64,000 bases of DNA from Pavona decussata (lineage: Eukaryota): the NCBI GenBank assembly GCA_977016875.1, contig CDRNST010000004.1, positions 1,116,001 through 1,180,000 on the forward strand, in the 5' to 3' direction. The translations under genes were made by a program, and so were the position numbers. Under the pieces are notes generated by a model. It saw nothing but the letters and a program-made list of their open reading frames with translations, was not told where the DNA came from and made no database searches. Within the stretch, counting starts at the first letter, position 1. Every line of letters begins with the position of its first letter. Shown here piece by piece: positions 60,300-64,000 of the stretch.

Positions 60300-60746
60300 G
60301 ACTTTTCTGACCACTTTTTGTTGTTTTAGCTCGGATCCACTGGAATTTTTGCATGTGGCCTGAAATTCTTTCAGGAAATGTTGCTCCAATGTTGTATCCG
60401 CTGCTTTGTGCTTCGTTTTGTGATAAAAAAAGAAATGTTGCCCATAGTCATAGCTTTTTATTGCAAACGAAGCACAAAACAGCGGATAAACATTGGAGCA
60501 ACGTTTCCAAGATTGCAAGCAGTCCCTTCCTCTTTAGTCGACAAGGTGCGCTTACAGCGCAGCGAGACTGGAGCGAGGATCCAGTTTTTTCGCGTTCGGC
60601 TATTTCGCGCGACCTCTCGACTATCCAGAAAGGGACTGCTTGCAGTCTAAACGTTTCCTGAAGGAATTCAAGGCCACATGCATGTGACACTGCTTGAAAA
60701 ATTCCGGTGAATCTGAGCTAAAACAACAAAAAGCCGCCTGAAAAGT
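60300..60746. mobile_element. Foldback-type palindromic element interrupted by a 141-bp MITE (60509-60649) with 9-bp TSD AACGTTTCC
   Basis: Arms ttttgttgttttagctc.gat...gcatgtggcct...caggaaa.gttgctccaatg and the reverse complement; inner element ...gcaagcagtccctt / aagggactgcttgcagtcta flanked by AACGTTTCC. Confidence 0.7.
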
Positions 60747-63700
60747 GTCATTACACGGAATGCCCGCAGGGCATGACGTGTCTAGGTTTCGGTCGGGTAT
60801 CTTTTTTTACGCGGGATGCCCTGAGGGGGCATACCGTGTCTAAAAACGGGTCGATTTCTTTTTTTTCTTTTCTTCTTAGTAGCTACAAATCTGTACATTA
60901 ATTTATTCATTAAACTCTCCCCTCTCCTACTCGGGATGTATTGTTCTGATTGTCTTCAACAAAAGCAGGCCAATCAAAATCCATTCTTGTCGCTTATATC
61001 GTGAGGGAGGGGACCCACTCACCCCTACCTGTGTGACGTCAATGCATCATTTGATATATTTATTAAAGACGGATTAAATTGTCGCGCCGTATTGTAAAAC
61101 ATGTTCTGGACTCAAGTGTGCCGTTTTCAAACGGAAATTTCACCATTTTGAAGCGGTAAATCGAAAGAATAACTTCTAAGAAGCACCCGACACGTAAAAC
61201 GGTGGAAATTGGTGAGAGTAAATAACAGGGTTCACCTCCAGCTGAAAATTGACCCTTGTCTTAAAAAGGGAGAAAATTGTAATTAGACGATTAGGAGAAA
61301 TGAGAAAAAAATGTAGATATACTTGCTTGGTGTTCTGGTTGCCTCATAGGGGTGTTTGCATTTCTTGGTTTGAAAGTCGATCGGCAGGTGCTCAATCAGA
61401 CTGTCTCTTGGCCCTAGGTCCCACACAAACTTAATTGCGCATTCAGCTTTGACTAAAGCTAAGCTGGGATTAGTTCAGTAATAAGTCAACTATCTGGGTC
61501 CTTTTGGGATCTGTAGTTTTTTTTCGTGTTACATTTTGAGTCTGGTTTCTAGCAAAACTGTAACTTATAAATTAGCAGTATAAAAGCTTAGCAGTAATTA
61601 GCAGTATAAAGGAAATTAAATACAGACCTTCGTGAACTCAGTAGCGTTAAGACTATTTTACGTCCACCAATTGATCAAGCCGACTCGGCCTAATTTGGTC
61701 GATTTTCACTCCGCGCTACACCAACAGAAAAATCTATCGGCTTACAAATTGTACCTTGCGATTGAAGCTACAAATCAGGTTGATAAATCGGTGCGTAGCC
61801 CTTATCCGACTCTCAAAGAACTGGACGCTGATGGTTAGCCTGCTTTTTTGGGACCTCACAACGCGTTATTTCCCACAAAGCCAAATATCGCAGGAACATT
61901 AGACTAGTCTTCTTTGTGAAAGATAAAGTGAAGAATGTAGCATATATTCTGGAACATTTTTTTCGAATGTTTTCTTCACCGTTGTACTGTTGTACCTGTA
62001 TATATCCTAGTACGTTTATTGAATACGAAAGCTTATCGTTAAGAAACAATGTTAACTTTGGAGAGCTTCATAAATTGAACTACAGCTTTTAGTTCATTGG
62101 CGAAACTCGTCGAGGGCAAGCAGGGCCAAAGTAAAAGGGACTTCATTCCAGCCAATAAGCATGTACCAGAAACCTGTTAACAGACTCCATAAGGGAGTAG
62201 GGCGTACACACAAAAATTGTGGCGCGTGGGGCTGACCCTATCCCCAACTAAGGAGCCTGCTAATGTGCGAAAGGCTCCCACGAAGACGAGGCCTAAACAC
62301 ACCTTTCAGATACTGCACGCAACGTTTATTTATTTTAATTTATAATTTTTTGGAGGGGGGGGAGGGGATACTGGCACAAATCACCAGCAACGCTTTGCAC
62401 TGTCAGGTATGTATTTAAAAGCCCATCCACTTTCCAGGTATGATGTTCTCACGGACTGTATATTTTATGTCCAAACCTGTTTATTTCTAACTGCTGGTAA
62501 TTTATTATACAGCAGTGTAAATACAATCACGATGGGTTAATAAATACAGTTTTGCTCAGTGTCAAAATTGACCAAAATGCACTGTTTAAGCTCCAGTGAA
62601 AACATTTGCTGGGCGAGACGGCTCCTTTAGCCTCGTGCTTTCGCCGATGGCAAACGTCTGTCAAGCTGTGGAACGGATTCGACGGACATTGGACTAGCTT
62701 TCTCAATTACTATAGCTTCATCCTGTCAGCACCGTGCACCTATCAATTCTTTCTTCGACCGTTTTACTGGACAACGTAAAAGAAGCCTCAGGACACCATA
62801 GCGTATTACAAGGTAGATTGTCGTAGGGCGGTTTTCAATTCAGTGTCTCAAGACCAAAACAAAAAAGCAATTACTCTGGCCAATCACAACAGATGCAAAC
62901 AGCGCAGTGAACCAATCAGAATTCAACGCAATGACCGGTAACAATACAACCGGCGCCAAGCGCGGGAAAATGCGTGTGAGCCAGTCACAATAGACCAATT
63001 TCCTTGCTTGGCTACGAGGTGTTTAAAGTGCTACTACGATCAAATTTTCTAATACCTTCAATTTCACTTGATTGGTAGATTATGTCCTGAAGTATATCAT
63101 TTCCAAAGTATATCCTCGTGCGATGAAGGGAAGTGGGTTTTTTTTGCGCTCAAACTCCATTAATTTTCGTCCGCCATTGAACCGCCATGTTCCTGCGGCC
63201 TGGTTACCAATGGCAGATGGTTTCCATTGACAACAGAGTTGGAATTTCGCGGGAAAATTTAGTGACGTCATTCTCTCAACTCGCAGTTCGAGCTATCCCC
63301 ACATGGCTAATTTTGTATTACGATTTGCGCTCCTGTTTTCGTAAATTCTTTCGTTTTTCCAAAAGAAACTAATTATTCATCTCAGAGCCTCAATGTAAGT
63401 TCTGTTGTGTTCTTTATTCGCCTAAGCCTTGTTGCCAAGTAACAATTTTAATTGGTTTATGGGTTTTGATTTTTTTTAAGTCGAGAAAGTGGCGCGAGTT
63501 CCCAGTGCTTACTAATCATAGAGCGTGGTAAGGGAAAACCAAAGCAAACATGAATTACTCTCGACACTCAAATAAAAACCGCTCGAGTACAAAGTGGATA
63601 GTAATACTCATACGGTTATACCTAGTAAAAACATGTATTCGGATGTAATATCTGATTAAACTATTTGTACTGTATTATATTCTGCAGTAACCAACTACAC

Positions 63701-64000
63701 TCCACAAGAATATAAGTTTGCCCTCACTTTTTAGAGGGCTCGTGAGTTTATTGAATGCGCTCGATTTGAATAATTAAATTCTTGCTTTTGCTCGCATTAT
63801 TCTTCTAACACTGTTCTTCCACAAAGGCGATAATGGCTTACTCCATGATACTGTGAACATTGCCTCCAGGTCAAAAGGCTTGAAAAATTCAAGACGATGG
63901 CTGAAAATAAACAACATAAAAACCTTACTCAATAAAAATGTTGCCTTTTACTTCCTTTTAATATAAATGCGGGTCTGTCGGTGGATAGAAAACTGAGGTC

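Noticed and set aside
60960-64000. Possible promoter or first exon of a further gene (CCAAT, TGACGTCA)
   Set aside because: No convincing coding exon; the region is dominated by repeat fragments.

Overview
Eukaryotic, intron-rich, AT-rich genomic DNA. The repeat families look like those of a stony coral (Scleractinia), which is an inference. I reconstructed four protein-coding genes by hand from GT-AG junctions and frame continuity. (1) The 3' part of an acidic, Gln-rich low-complexity protein on + (1-3987). (2) ABCF3 on - (7922-24360, about 26 exons). (3) A 13-exon, about 1333-aa gene on - (30761-51839) with the architecture Ubl-Ubl-SH2-Ubl-SH2-Roc GTPase-COR-Cys/His-rich region-Death domain. 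This is a kinase-less Roco protein carrying a duplicated ubiquitin-like/CSK-type SH2 module, and it is the main finding. The ORF track shows it only as unrelated fragments, but all 12 junctions are GT-AG and phase-consistent. (4) SFT2D3-like on + (53045-58966), head-to-head with the Roco gene. The rest is many non-autonomous transposons: a 2.35-kb long-TIR element, MITEs with 6-bp or 9-bp TSDs, tRNA-derived SINE-like pairs, a LINE RT relic and a hammerhead-like Penelope relic. There is also a 365-bp tandem duplication, decayed exon copies inside ABCF3, and one assembly gap.
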